From positions 1 to 64,000 of the IMG/VR virus record IMGVR_UViG_3300028805_000057: a stretch of DNA of 64,000 nucleotides; one strand, given 5' to 3'. This stretch comes from a virus (taxonomy: Duplodnaviria; Caudoviricetes). Both the position numbers and the translations under genes were made by a program. Shown here piece by piece: positions 44,567 to 55,281 of this stretch (positions are counted from its first letter, which is position 1; every line of letters begins with the position of its first letter). The notes under the pieces were generated by a model, which did no database searches, had not been told where the DNA came from, and saw only the letters and a list, made by a program, of their open reading frames with translations.

Positions 44567-44884
44567 ATGACAGAGAACGAGAATGTAGTAGATGACATTA
44601 TTAATGACGATGTTAATGATACCCCGGAGACAGAGAAGAGAACAGTTGATAAGATTCTTGACTGGGCAAAGGATCATAAGAAGGAATTGATTGTTGGTTC
44701 GGTGGCAGGAGCTATTGGAACAATTTTAGGAGCTAAAGCACTTAGCAAGACTGAAATTAAGGAAGTAGAGAAGCTCCCGGATCCGACTATCATGGACAAA
44801 TATGATCGTGTCCCGGTTGAGGAGCATTCTTATATTGATTATAAGTATGTTCTCAAGCCTGAATATAGGGAAGATGATGATTGA
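44567..44884 (+). CDS. single-pass membrane protein in a cassette (motif at 44501)
   Basis: AAGGAGG RBS; LIVGSVAGAIGTILGA; terminator-like hairpin at ~44911-44948. Confidence 0.75.
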   Translation: MTENENVVDDIINDDVNDTPETEKRTVDKILDWAKDHKKELIVGSVAGAIGTILGAKALSKTEIKEVEKLPDPTIMDKYDRVPVEEHSYIDYKYVLKPEYREDDD

Positions 44885-46168
44885 CACGTGATGGTCATCC
44901 AATAACATTTGGGGGAAGCTGAAATATATGCTTCCTCCTCATTTTTTTAAATCAAAAAACTATTCAATACATGGAGGTTAATATGTCGGAATTTATAGTA
45001 TTCTTTGAAAATGGCGTTACGACTAAAATAGAAGCAGATAAGATAGTCGATAGCGACAATTATATTAATTTTTATAATAATGTTAAAGTAAAAGATACTA
45101 ATGTAGATAGTTTAGTTGCACAATTCTTAAAATCTAAAATTGCTGGATATGGTAAAAGTTCAGCTATAAAAGAGGTGTAATTATGAAATGCACAATTGAA
45201 TGTTATGACAAGAATAATAAACTTGTAGAATATATTGGTGCTAAAGATGAAAAAGCAGCAATGGAATTTATGAAAGAGCATCAAGATATTTTTCCAAAGA
45301 TTAAAATAATACATGGTTTAAAACCCGATTGCACACAGATGCTTGAAGGATACTGAGAACATCAGTCCAAACAAAGTGAAGAGTGCCAAGGGAAAGATAT
45401 TAAGGAGAATTTATGAGAGAAATTAAGTATTATTGTGATATATGTGGTAAAGAAGCAAAAAATCCTAAAGAAGAAAAGAGTTGTGTTAAATTAGATTTAA
45501 ATTACGTACATAATTGGGAAACAGCTTTACCTTTATCAAAGAAGCTACAAGATTTACAATTATGTAAAGAATGTGGCGAAGAATTAAATAGTATTATTAA
45601 TCTTGCTATTGATGTAAAAGGTTTTACAAAAATTAGTTATAAAGGAGAAGAATGTATATGATAATTATAGCATATGATAACGGACAGAAATTAGAACTTG
45701 GTGATGAGTTTATACATGATAATAGAAAGTGGGTTATAACTCATTTTGATTTAGATAAGAAAGATAGATTAAAATATTTTTATGCAATTGATGAAGATTT
45801 AGCAGAGATTGCAACATTTGATTCGTTTGATGAAAATGCTATTCAGTTAACAGGAGTAAATCATAAGGAAGTATATAATCTTAAAAAGATATTAGGAGGT
45901 TGACTTATGTCAGAACCTATCAAGAAAAAGATTAAAGATATGACCAAAGCAGAAGCAGAAAGATATTTTTGTGATAAATATCGAACTTGTGAATCTTGTC
46001 CTTTAGATAGAAATAAAATAGGTTGCAAGATGGATGTTTATAACAAACAATATGACAATGAGATTGTAGAATTACAACCTTAACTTTATCCATTTCATGT
46101 CTAATTGATTCGCGAAAATATGTCTTTATATAATGACACGGTGACGTTTCGAAGTGAGACAAGTCACC

Positions 46169-46197
46169 TTGACATAAAAATTGACATAGATTAAAAT
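46169..46197 (+). promoter_or_regulatory. canonical SigA-type promoter
   Basis: TTGACA-17 nt-TAAAAT upstream of 46217. Confidence 0.55.
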
Positions 46198-46216
46198 GAG
46201 AAGAAGGAGGACGAAA

Positions 46217-46318
46217 ATGGGTTTAGTAATTGTAGGTTTTATGATGTTAGGTATAGGAATAGCAGGTGTCGGTTTGATAGTGAAAGGATTTAAATCGATA
46301 TTTGGCGACAAAGATTGA
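46217..46318 (+). CDS. 33-aa hydrophobic peptide (not in ORF track)
   Basis: AAGGAGG RBS; MGLVIVGFMMLGIGIAGVGLIVKGFKSIFGDKD; motif at 46111. Confidence 0.65.
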   Translation: MGLVIVGFMMLGIGIAGVGLIVKGFKSIFGDKD

Positions 46319-46452
46319 TGACTAATAATTAAAAAACACAAGAATTAGAGGACGAAAATATAGTCCTCTTCTTCTTTCGCGAAAATTAATGATAATATAA
46401 TAGGTGGGAACATCTAAAATATTATAATTATATAAAATAAGGAGGAAATAAA

Positions 46453-46782
46453 ATGGCAGATTTTAACGTGGACCTTAGTGAGGTTCAGCAGGCACAGGAA
46501 ATGGTAGCACAGAAGGAGACTAATGAAGTTGTAGAGTCTGATGATGATGAAGAAGAAGGTAACAACATCGTATTCTGGATTATAATGGGCGTATTAAGCG
46601 TCTTTACAATCGGAGTACCGATTTTGGTATACTTCCTCGTAAAGAACGTTAAGCAGAAGAAGCAGCTTCAGAAGCAGATCGATGATGCAGCTAAGACTGA
46701 TGATAAGTCAGCTGAAGAGACCAAGACTGAGGAAACAAAGCAGGAAGCTGTTCAGGAAGAGAAGAAAGATCCTGAGAAGTAA
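46453..46782 (+). CDS. acidic single-pass membrane protein in a cassette (motif at 46378)
   Basis: AAGGAGG RBS; central TM helix. Confidence 0.8.
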   Translation: MADFNVDLSEVQQAQEMVAQKETNEVVESDDDEEEGNNIVFWIIMGVLSVFTIGVPILVYFLVKNVKQKKQLQKQIDDAAKTDDKSAEETKTEETKQEAVQEEKKDPEK

Positions 46783-46859
46783 TATTTAAGTAACACCAAA
46801 AAGGGGGATCAGAGAAATCTGGTCCTCTAAATTTTTTATAGAAAGGAGTTGACAGTTAG

Positions 46860-47540
46860 TTGGTTGAGAAAGTGCAAGGCGAAGTTGTGAGCATTGGTAA
46901 TAAGAATGTTAAAGATGAAACATTAGCACCAGTTATCTCAAATGCAGCAACAGTAAAAAAGACAAGTGGATTAAAGAAATTATGGAGAGGATTCTTTGCA
47001 GAAGACTTTAAGACAGTTCGCGGTAGTGTAATGGAGACAGTTATTAAGCCAAGTATTAAGTCAGGTATAGCAAATGCAATCACAAGTGCAGTATATATGT
47101 GGTTATTTGGTAAAAATGGTTATAGTAATGCTCCAGGAGGAATATTTAGACCATTATTGTCAGGTGGTGCAGTATCTTATAATGGTATCACAAGAATCCA
47201 AAATGGTCAAGTTGTAACAAGTCCTAAGGTAAGTATTGGTAATGATGCAAATTTTGGAAGGTATACGGCAGCTGAAGTATATGATCCTGAATATATAAGA
47301 TATGCAAGTTATCAAGATGCAGTAAATGTTCTTGAAGGATTAAGAGAACGTATTGGTAAGTATCAGGTTGCAACAGTAAAGAACTTATTTGATTTAAGTG
47401 GTCAAATTGGATATGAAATGGTTCTTCAGAATTGGGGTTGGTATGGTATTGAATGGTATCGTATTGTTCCAGTAGGAGATGGTACATGGATTCTTAGATT
47501 GCCACAGCCGACAGCTTTGAATGGAACTATGACTAAATAA
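46860..47540 (+). CDS. phage protein of unknown function
   Basis: GAAAGGAG RBS with GTG start; C-terminal NWGW...LP.P motif. Confidence 0.7.
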   Translation: MVEKVQGEVVSIGNKNVKDETLAPVISNAATVKKTSGLKKLWRGFFAEDFKTVRGSVMETVIKPSIKSGIANAITSAVYMWLFGKNGYSNAPGGIFRPLLSGGAVSYNGITRIQNGQVVTSPKVSIGNDANFGRYTAAEVYDPEYIRYASYQDAVNVLEGLRERIGKYQVATVKNLFDLSGQIGYEMVLQNWGWYGIEWYRIVPVGDGTWILRLPQPTALNGTMTK

Positions 47541-47571
47541 AGATATTTAAGGAGAGCTAAAGGCATATTAA

Positions 47572-48507
47572 ATGAAAACATACAAGTATACAGCTATTAG
47601 AAAGCGATTCTTACAATTTTGTAGGAGATATAAGGTTAGCCCTGAAGAAGTGCTCGGTTATTGCGAGGGAAGACTGAGTAACTTTCCATATTGGTACGTA
47701 GATTATTTAAATTATACAAGAGCTGAAATAAGAAATAGAGTTAAGACAGGTGTAGTGCATGAAATCAAGTTGTGTGATGTATGGAGTTAAAGATATTTAT
47801 GGAAGAATTGTATAAAGAAGCAATGTTTATGGCAGAAATTTATGGTATTCCAAAGATTGTTGTAGATGATTATTTTGAAATGTTTGTCCAATTCGTTCGC
47901 GAGGAATTGAACTATAGAATTAAATATGGTCGTACAAAGTTTGATATACGTCCAGAAATATTTATGACAATCTTATTGCAACAAGCAGAGGTAAGTTAAA
48001 TGATGGATGAAGCATGCGATAATGATTTAAGAGATTTAACCATGATAACTACAATAAATGGAGAAAACATTATAGATATTCTCTCAACAATGGGTGATTC
48101 TGAAATGGCAGATTACATTTGGTGTTGGAAACAGAGAATTAGAGAAGAGATTCAAACAAGAATTGAAACAGGTGTTGTTACTCCATTAAATGTATTAACT
48201 TGGTGTATTAGAGGAATCGGATGGGAGACATTGCAGGAGGTGAAAGCATTTGAAGAAACCACATCAGGAATTTAGAAATATTATTAAGTATTGTAAGTTA
48301 ATGAATTATGATGTAAATGATATTCTTGAAATGTCTGACCATGAATTAAGATTATGGTATAATAGAGTATTAAAGATGACTGAAAATGAAACTGAATTTA
48401 GAATTAAGACAGGTTTAAGTATTGATGAACAAGGTAAAGAACATAAGTTATTAAGTATAGTACAAACTAAATGGCATTCAAAGGAGAATCGTTATAATGG
48501 AAAATAG
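47572..48507 (+). CDS. four tandem small paralogous ORFs (47572, 47781, 48000, 48250)
   Basis: shared E...R[IV][KE][TY]G motif; overlapping starts and stops. Confidence 0.65.
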
Positions 48508-48852
48508 TGATATTAGGTTAAAAAGTGTGCCTAAAAAGTATTTGACAACTAAACAAAGACGAGCTGCTTTGAAATTAGTTTATAATGGTCCAGATTGGTC
48601 GGATAAAGTAGATAAAATGTCAAATGCTCAAGTATATGCAATATTCGACAAATTTAGAAAGAGCGGCCGAATAAGTTACGATGATTATGGTAATCTCATC
48701 TTTAGGAATGAAGATGAAGTAAGAAAATTGCAAGAAGCGCGCAGTGGTGTTCATCAAGTAACTTTAGATGAATACTTAAAAGAACTCGAGTTCAAAGAAA
48801 GAGAACAATCAAGAAAAGCAAAAGATATTCAGAAAGGAATGGTTTAAAATTT

Positions 48853-49821
48853 ATGGGAAAGTTTGCAGATTTTCGTGAGAATTTTATGCATAATTTTAAC
48901 GATATGAGAAATAATCTTGAGTCTAGAACAGGATTATTAACAGGTATCGGTGTTGTTGCAGGTTTAGCAGGAACTGTATTAGCTTGTAGAGCAACATTAA
49001 AGATTGCAAATAAAGCAGAAGAGCATAAGAAACTTGTAGATGACACAAAAGCAAATTGTACAGAATTAGCTCTTGATGATAAGGCAACACATAAGGAAGT
49101 AATGAAGGCATATCGTCATATTGGTGTTGATTATGTAAGACAGTATTGGCCTGCAGTAGGTTTATTAGCTGTTGGTTATGGATTGATTATTAGAGCACAT
49201 TGTATTGAAGTTGCAAAGAATGAAGCTTTGATGACAGCATATATCGGTCTTGAGCAGCTGTTTAATAAGTATCGTACAAGAGTTGCAGAGCAGGTTGGAG
49301 AAGAAAGAGAAGCTCAGATCTATAAGCAAGCAAAGATTGATCAGGCAGAAGAGAATAAGATTGGCCAGTATTCCGGCGAATTTAGAAATGGTTCATATTT
49401 ATTGTTTAATGATTCTTGTAGAGATTATCAGGAAGGTTGTCCTCAGGCAAATGATTTCTTGATTAGTACAATTGAGCAAGAATTAAATATGAAATTTGAC
49501 ACATTCACACCAGTTTATTTGAATGATGTAATGAGAGCATGTGGTCATGAAGAAGTAAATGGTGGATGGAATTGGGTTAAAGCAAAAGGTTTGACTGATA
49601 AGATTGATTTTAAGATTCATGATGTAGACTTCAATCCTGAATTTGCAAAAGGATATGGATTTGTAAAAGGTCAGGAACCGATTGCAAAGTTATATCTTGA
49701 TGGTTTCGTTCATGTATCAAAACTTTATAGTGCAGAATATCGTCAGTATCTGAAGAAAGATAAAGCTGATGGTGGTATTATGGGTGGCGAGATTGGAAGA
49801 GATCAGGTTTTAATTGGTTAA
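48853..49821 (+). CDS. DUF6353-like phage protein
   Basis: G.V...GTVLACRATLK; YWPAV; AY..L...F..YR.RV; VYLNDV. Confidence 0.7.
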   Translation: MGKFADFRENFMHNFNDMRNNLESRTGLLTGIGVVAGLAGTVLACRATLKIANKAEEHKKLVDDTKANCTELALDDKATHKEVMKAYRHIGVDYVRQYWPAVGLLAVGYGLIIRAHCIEVAKNEALMTAYIGLEQLFNKYRTRVAEQVGEEREAQIYKQAKIDQAEENKIGQYSGEFRNGSYLLFNDSCRDYQEGCPQANDFLISTIEQELNMKFDTFTPVYLNDVMRACGHEEVNGGWNWVKAKGLTDKIDFKIHDVDFNPEFAKGYGFVKGQEPIAKLYLDGFVHVSKLYSAEYRQYLKKDKADGGIMGGEIGRDQVLIG

Positions 49822-49918
49822 ATGATATTTGGGGTTTCAGTAGCTCGTTACCCAAGATATCTTTAACATAGAGGAGCTCGGCGGGTCTGATTAACCACTC
49901 GGCTCGCTGAGTTTCTTT

Positions 49919-50056
49919 TATTTAATTTTATAATAGGGCTCCTAAGAGAAAAATATACCCCAAAAATAAAATACTCATAAAAAATAGACTCCTGGTTTTA
50001 TGACTGTTCAAAAATTACACTTATCACTCTTAGGAGTCCTGTTATGAAATTAAATA
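49919..50056 (+). ncRNA. 30-bp stem enclosing a loop antisense to an RBS and start codon (element 1)
   Basis: ...ATAATAGGGCTCCTAAGAG / CTCTTAGGAGTCCTGTTATG...; loop contains CAT and ACTCCT. Confidence 0.5.
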
Positions 50057-50365
50057 GGAGGACTACAAATAATGGAAGAAAGTACTGCAACAAAGATAAT
50101 TGATAAATATATAGAAATGTATGATGAAATTATAAATGATAAAACATCTACAAGAATTCGTAAATCAATTGCTGAAAGTAATAAGAATTTATTAGAGAAT
50201 GTAAAAGGAGATATAATAAATGCTGAAGAAGGTAATTAAGTATTGGTTTAGATTTACTTTAATAATAAATATTTTATCTTGGATAACCGGTTTAGCAAAT
50301 AATTTAAAAGAAAATAAAGATATTGTTAATTTATATTATGATGATATAGAAATTTAAATATGTAT

Positions 50366-50489
50366 TCTAAGTCTCATAGTAGGGCTCTTAGATTATCCGT
50401 CTTTTTGATGCTTGTGGTCTTTAATGACATGTGGACTCCTTTCTATGATAATATTTTTCCTATCTAAGGGCCCCATTATGAGACTTAGA
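50366..50489 (+). ncRNA. 28-bp stem enclosing a loop antisense to an RBS and start codon (element 2)
   Basis: TCTAAGTCTCATAGTAGGGCTCTTAGAT / ATCTAAGGGCCCCATTATGAGACTTAGA; loop contains CATGTGGACTCCTTTCT. Confidence 0.5.
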
Positions 50490-50510
50490 GATTATATTTG
50501 GAGGTAATTT

Positions 50511-51632
50511 ATGAATACACCTTTAGTAACAGTAATAATGCAAAATTATAATACAAATAAAGATATTCTTGACATTGCAATTAATTCAGTAATTAATCAA
50601 ACATTTAATGACTTTGCTTTTATTTTTATTGATGATTGGTCCACAGATTATGATGTTTCTTCATTTTTTGCTGAAATTGAGACTAAATGGAAGAATAAAA
50701 GGCCTGATATGCCGATACATCTTATAAAGAAACCACAAAATGGTCCTTTAGATGAAAGAGATCATAATCATGGTCATTCATTTTGTAGGAATTGGGGATT
50801 GGATTTAGTAAAAACAGCAAAGATATCTGATTATGTCTTTTTTATGGATTCAGATGATGAGATTATGCCTAATTGTCTTGAAATATTATGGTCAAAGATA
50901 GAGAAAGATCCTGAAGTTGAAATCAGTATAGGTAATTTTATAAGAGATGAAGTAAGATGGTGTCAGTTAAAGGATACTTATCATGATGCAGAAGTAAATG
51001 AAGGTACATTAGGTCCTCATGACAATAAGACTTATACAAATCTTGAAGCATTGGATATATTATGTGATCCTTATATGATTCCTGGTCATCATCCTACAAT
51101 GCCGAGTGTTGCTTTTTGTGCCACATGGAATAAGATATTTAAAGTAAGCCTTTTTGATAATGTCAGATTTCCTGATTATCGTACAAAAGATGATAACTTC
51201 ACAGCACATAGATTATTGTGGAATGCTAAGAAGATAGTTTTTACATTTGAGATAACCTACTTCTATCGTCCAGGTGGAAAGTTAGCAGACGCCAATCTCT
51301 ACAAGACAATGGATATAATAGATGCGCATCGAGATAGAGTTGAATTCTTTGAAAAGATATTTAACGTGTATGACAGAGAACACTATTATAATGAAAATAT
51401 TGACTTTTATAAAGAAGAATCTGAAATAAAGATATTCTACAATGAGTATTTAGTATTCTTGTATACTTTTATGAGAGTTATTGATGCTTCAAATGATAAC
51501 TTTAGAAAGAAACAACTTGCAAATTTATTAAATGAAAAACTTATTACTGAGTTATCTCATATAATATTAATCGATCCAAAATTTGTAAAAAGCGCGTATG
51601 AATTTGCAAGGAGGATTAGAAAAAATGAGTAA
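50511..51632 (+). CDS. glycosyltransferase family 2 (GT-A)
   Basis: VTVIM..YN, SVINQTF, IDDWSTD, RN.GL, FMDSDD, WNKIF. Confidence 0.9.
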   Translation: MNTPLVTVIMQNYNTNKDILDIAINSVINQTFNDFAFIFIDDWSTDYDVSSFFAEIETKWKNKRPDMPIHLIKKPQNGPLDERDHNHGHSFCRNWGLDLVKTAKISDYVFFMDSDDEIMPNCLEILWSKIEKDPEVEISIGNFIRDEVRWCQLKDTYHDAEVNEGTLGPHDNKTYTNLEALDILCDPYMIPGHHPTMPSVAFCATWNKIFKVSLFDNVRFPDYRTKDDNFTAHRLLWNAKKIVFTFEITYFYRPGGKLADANLYKTMDIIDAHRDRVEFFEKIFNVYDREHYYNENIDFYKEESEIKIFYNEYLVFLYTFMRVIDASNDNFRKKQLANLLNEKLITELSHIILIDPKFVKSAYEFARRIRKNE

Positions 51633-51812
51633 GTTAAATATTGAGTTTCTTTATTCAATCAAAGATATTTGTGATTTTTTTAATAATAATAAAAACTTAA
51701 TTAATGATAATCAAATTAAAATTATTGAAATTAAATACGAAGATTTTGATGTTGGCAAAGCAATGATAATAAAATATAGTAAAGAGAAATCATAAATGAA
51801 CTGTAATACCTT

Positions 51813-51940
51813 CTACAATACCTCTGTAACGCACAGATTTGCCCGTAAAGGCCTGTTTGGGTATTTTATAGTATATTTATAGGGTAAAACATGAAATAGG
51901 CCTAAATGGGCATTCTGGTGCGTCAGAAGGGCATTCTAGA
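51813..51940. repeat. palindromic repeat, copy 4
   Basis: ATACCTCTGTAACGC...GCCCGTAAAGGCC...GGCCTAAATGGGC. Confidence 0.9.
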
Positions 51941-52481
51941 AAAGGAGATAATATGACTTTAGATAAAACAATAAAGATGTTAACACAAGATGATTATGGT
52001 AATTGTGATTGCGGGGATTGGTGTAGAGCATATGATAAAGCAGTTCAAATAACAAAACAATTATCTTTTCTTGAAAGTGAGTATAATGCTTATCATATAG
52101 ATAGTGATTATTGGAAAGGCATAAAATATGCCATAGATGTTTTAAATCATGAATAATATACGGAGGAATTAAAATGAAAGGATATATACATATTGATAAC
52201 ATATATGGATTAATATCGGGACATAGTAACTATCATGGAGACAATATACTTTCGGCATTAACGTGTATTGCAGAAGGTAAAGATGTTACTAAGCCAATAA
52301 TGTCATTGGATGAAGAATATTACTCAAATAAAGAATTTAATAAATTCATTAATGATATAAAAAGTGATATTAATCAAATAATAACAAAGAACAAAGGTAT
52401 AAAAAGTGTTGAAGCTCAGGAAAGAATTAGAACAGCTCAACAAATACTTGATATTATTAACAAGCATACAAAGAGGTTAGT

Positions 52482-53408
52482 ATGAAACAAATAACAATAT
52501 ATATTGATCATATAGTTTATGCAGATGGAATATTTACTTGGATATGTAATTTCTATCAGTTAATGCATAAAGTATATGACATCGAGGTTATGACAAAAGT
52601 CATCAAACCTGAATTAAATGATATTTTTGAAAGATATAGTATTCCGGTAGTTAAGTGGAATGCTAATGTAAATTATGATACTGATATTTTGATGCTAATG
52701 TTGGATTTTGTTGTATATCCTACTAATTTCACTTTCTGGAAAAAGTATAAGATTGTACATTGTAATTATGAGATTCTTAAGTCTGAGTTTACTAATCTTA
52801 ATGATGGTAGTGAATTTATTGCAGTATCAAAGCAAGCAGCAGATGGCTTTACAAAGCGTTTCAATTTACCTTGTAAAGATATTTCATCATTTGTCATACC
52901 ATACACACCAAGACCTGTTATGAAGATTACTTCTTGTTCAAGAGTATATAACAATAAAGGTTTTGAGAGAATGTTTCATTTAGCAGATGACTTAGATGAA
53001 TGTGGTGTACGATTTCAGTGGATTAATTATAGTGAAATTGATCAGAATGGTGTTAAGTATCTACAAAGTAAAAAACATAACTTAATAACTTTCTTACCTG
53101 CATTGGAGCATCATCATTTAATGGATATGATTGCTGCAAGTGATTACTTAGTTCAATTAAGTGATAGAGAGGGTTATTGTTATGCAGTTCATGAGGCTTT
53201 AACTTTAGGTACTCCAGTCATTGTTACAGACATAGACGCATTTAAAGATATTGTCATAGATGGCCAGAATGGTTATAAGTTGCCTTTGGAGATGAATTAT
53301 AAGGAAGATACATTATTAAATATTATAAATAATGTTCCATCAAATTTTGAATTTAAAGAGGATTTGTCAGTAATTTATAGGCAATGGACTACGATTTTAG
53401 GACATTGA
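52482..53408 (+). CDS. glycosyltransferase family 4 (GT-B)
   Basis: SR...KG; SDYLVQLSDREGYCYAVHEALTLGTPVIVTD (EX7E motif). Confidence 0.88.
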   Translation: MKQITIYIDHIVYADGIFTWICNFYQLMHKVYDIEVMTKVIKPELNDIFERYSIPVVKWNANVNYDTDILMLMLDFVVYPTNFTFWKKYKIVHCNYEILKSEFTNLNDGSEFIAVSKQAADGFTKRFNLPCKDISSFVIPYTPRPVMKITSCSRVYNNKGFERMFHLADDLDECGVRFQWINYSEIDQNGVKYLQSKKHNLITFLPALEHHHLMDMIAASDYLVQLSDREGYCYAVHEALTLGTPVIVTDIDAFKDIVIDGQNGYKLPLEMNYKEDTLLNIINNVPSNFEFKEDLSVIYRQWTTILGH

Positions 53409-54504
53409 GTATCGGTTTATAACAAAGTTGGAAAGTGATTAAAATGGAAGGAAGTGCTTGGTTAATGAGAGATTTAAGAAGTGAAATGTACGCAAGTGGT
53501 ATTAATGATGACGATAACAATGTGCTTGGTAAAACAAAAGGAATGGAAATAGAAAATATTACAAGAGAAGAATTTAACCGAAAAATTAAAGAACTTGAGA
53601 GGAAGATTGCTTTATTAGAATCTAAAATTCAGAATCTTACTATGGTATATTGAAAATAAATGAGGATGATTATATGAAAGCTTTATTTATTATATTGTGT
53701 ATAGTTTTATATATTATAATCGGTATAATAACTGGAATGATATTTGTATATGTTGATAAGAAACATGGTGATTTTGATCCATATAATGGCGATGCTAATT
53801 TTGCTTATGTACTTGTGGCAATATTTTGGCCAATAGCACTTGGTGTTGTTATAATAGCATATCCTTTTATCAAATTATATGATTTTTTCATGTGGTTTGG
53901 TAAACATATTAACAGTGATGATGAATAGAAAGGAGAGGTAAAAAATGTCTTTAGCAACAACTTATGATGGAAAGTTGAGAGTAATAAATGATATTTTAAA
54001 TAAAATGAGTCCTGATGAGAAGAGGATAGTGCTTCAAAGCCTTATAAAAGAGGATATGAAAACATATTTTGAAGTAATCTGGGATGAACAGAAGCGTCTT
54101 GAAACTGAAGCTGGTGTTGAAGGAGTATGTGAATTTACTTCTGATAAAGCTTGGGTTGATGGTGATGAAGATAAGACATTTGACGATATTGAAGGTAGTA
54201 AAGATTCTGGAATTGAAATAAATTTAGCTGGTAAAGTATCTAAAGAAGCTGAGAATGCATATTATTTAGATGAGAAGATAGATAAGAAACAGGGAAATGA
54301 TAAGTTTGATGGTTTCTTAGGATATGTTAACTCAAGTGCTAGTGATGATAATGAAAAAGAATTAGAAACTGAACAGGAAACTATATTAGAGCCTGGTGAA
54401 TTTATGGATAAAGTAATGGATAAGATTGAAGATAGAATCCAGGAAATTGAAATGAAGAATAAAATGAAAAATGCGAAGTTTCCCGATTTTGGAGGTGATA
54501 ATAA

Positions 54505-55281
54505 ATGAGAAGAAGCACCCAATTTGCAGCAATTTTAGGTACATTTTTTGGTGGTTTACTTGGTTCTACAGGAACTATTTTAGTATTTAAAAAACTTGAT
54601 AAATTAGAACATAAAAAAGATTTAGAAGCTGAAGCAGAACATATTGCAGAAGTTGCTGAAACATATGAAGCAAGAATAAAAAAGTTAAAAGAATATTATG
54701 AATCTAAAGAAATTGAAGAAAAAAATGATATTTCTGAGACTAAAAAAAGTGATGAAATAGTTAATGAAAAAGCTAAAGAAGCACATAAAAGAATTACTTT
54801 AGATAAAGTTATAGAAAATCCTGATGAACCAAAAATACTTAATCCAAAATTTGTATATCAAGATAGACTTGCTGAAGAAGATAATGCAAAACCTACTGAT
54901 TATAGCAAAATTAGTAGAGATAAATATACAGATTTAAAGAAAGAATATGAAAGAGAACCAATTATTGATGAAGCAGTTAAGTTCCCTCATTTAATAACAC
55001 AGGATAGTTATGAACATGCTGGTGGTTATGTCAAAGAAGAAGTAATATATTATGAACAAAATGGTATATTTGCAACTCTTGACGATGATACAATTGTTGA
55101 TCATATAACTGAAGAATATATTGGTTTGGATAATTTAAATCTATTTGGTAGTCAGCAAGCAAGTCTTGATGGTAAGAGTAGTTTGTATGAATTATATCTT
55201 CGTGATGAAGTCTTACATATTGATTATCATATTATTTATAACGGCACCGAAGACTTCGACCATTTAGGCGATTGCAGATGA
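54505..55281 (+). CDS. membrane-anchored phage protein; C-terminal domain paralogous to 40993..41418
   Basis: N-terminal TM, coiled coil, shared C-terminal domain. Confidence 0.75.
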   Translation: MRRSTQFAAILGTFFGGLLGSTGTILVFKKLDKLEHKKDLEAEAEHIAEVAETYEARIKKLKEYYESKEIEEKNDISETKKSDEIVNEKAKEAHKRITLDKVIENPDEPKILNPKFVYQDRLAEEDNAKPTDYSKISRDKYTDLKKEYEREPIIDEAVKFPHLITQDSYEHAGGYVKEEVIYYEQNGIFATLDDDTIVDHITEEYIGLDNLNLFGSQQASLDGKSSLYELYLRDEVLHIDYHIIYNGTEDFDHLGDCR

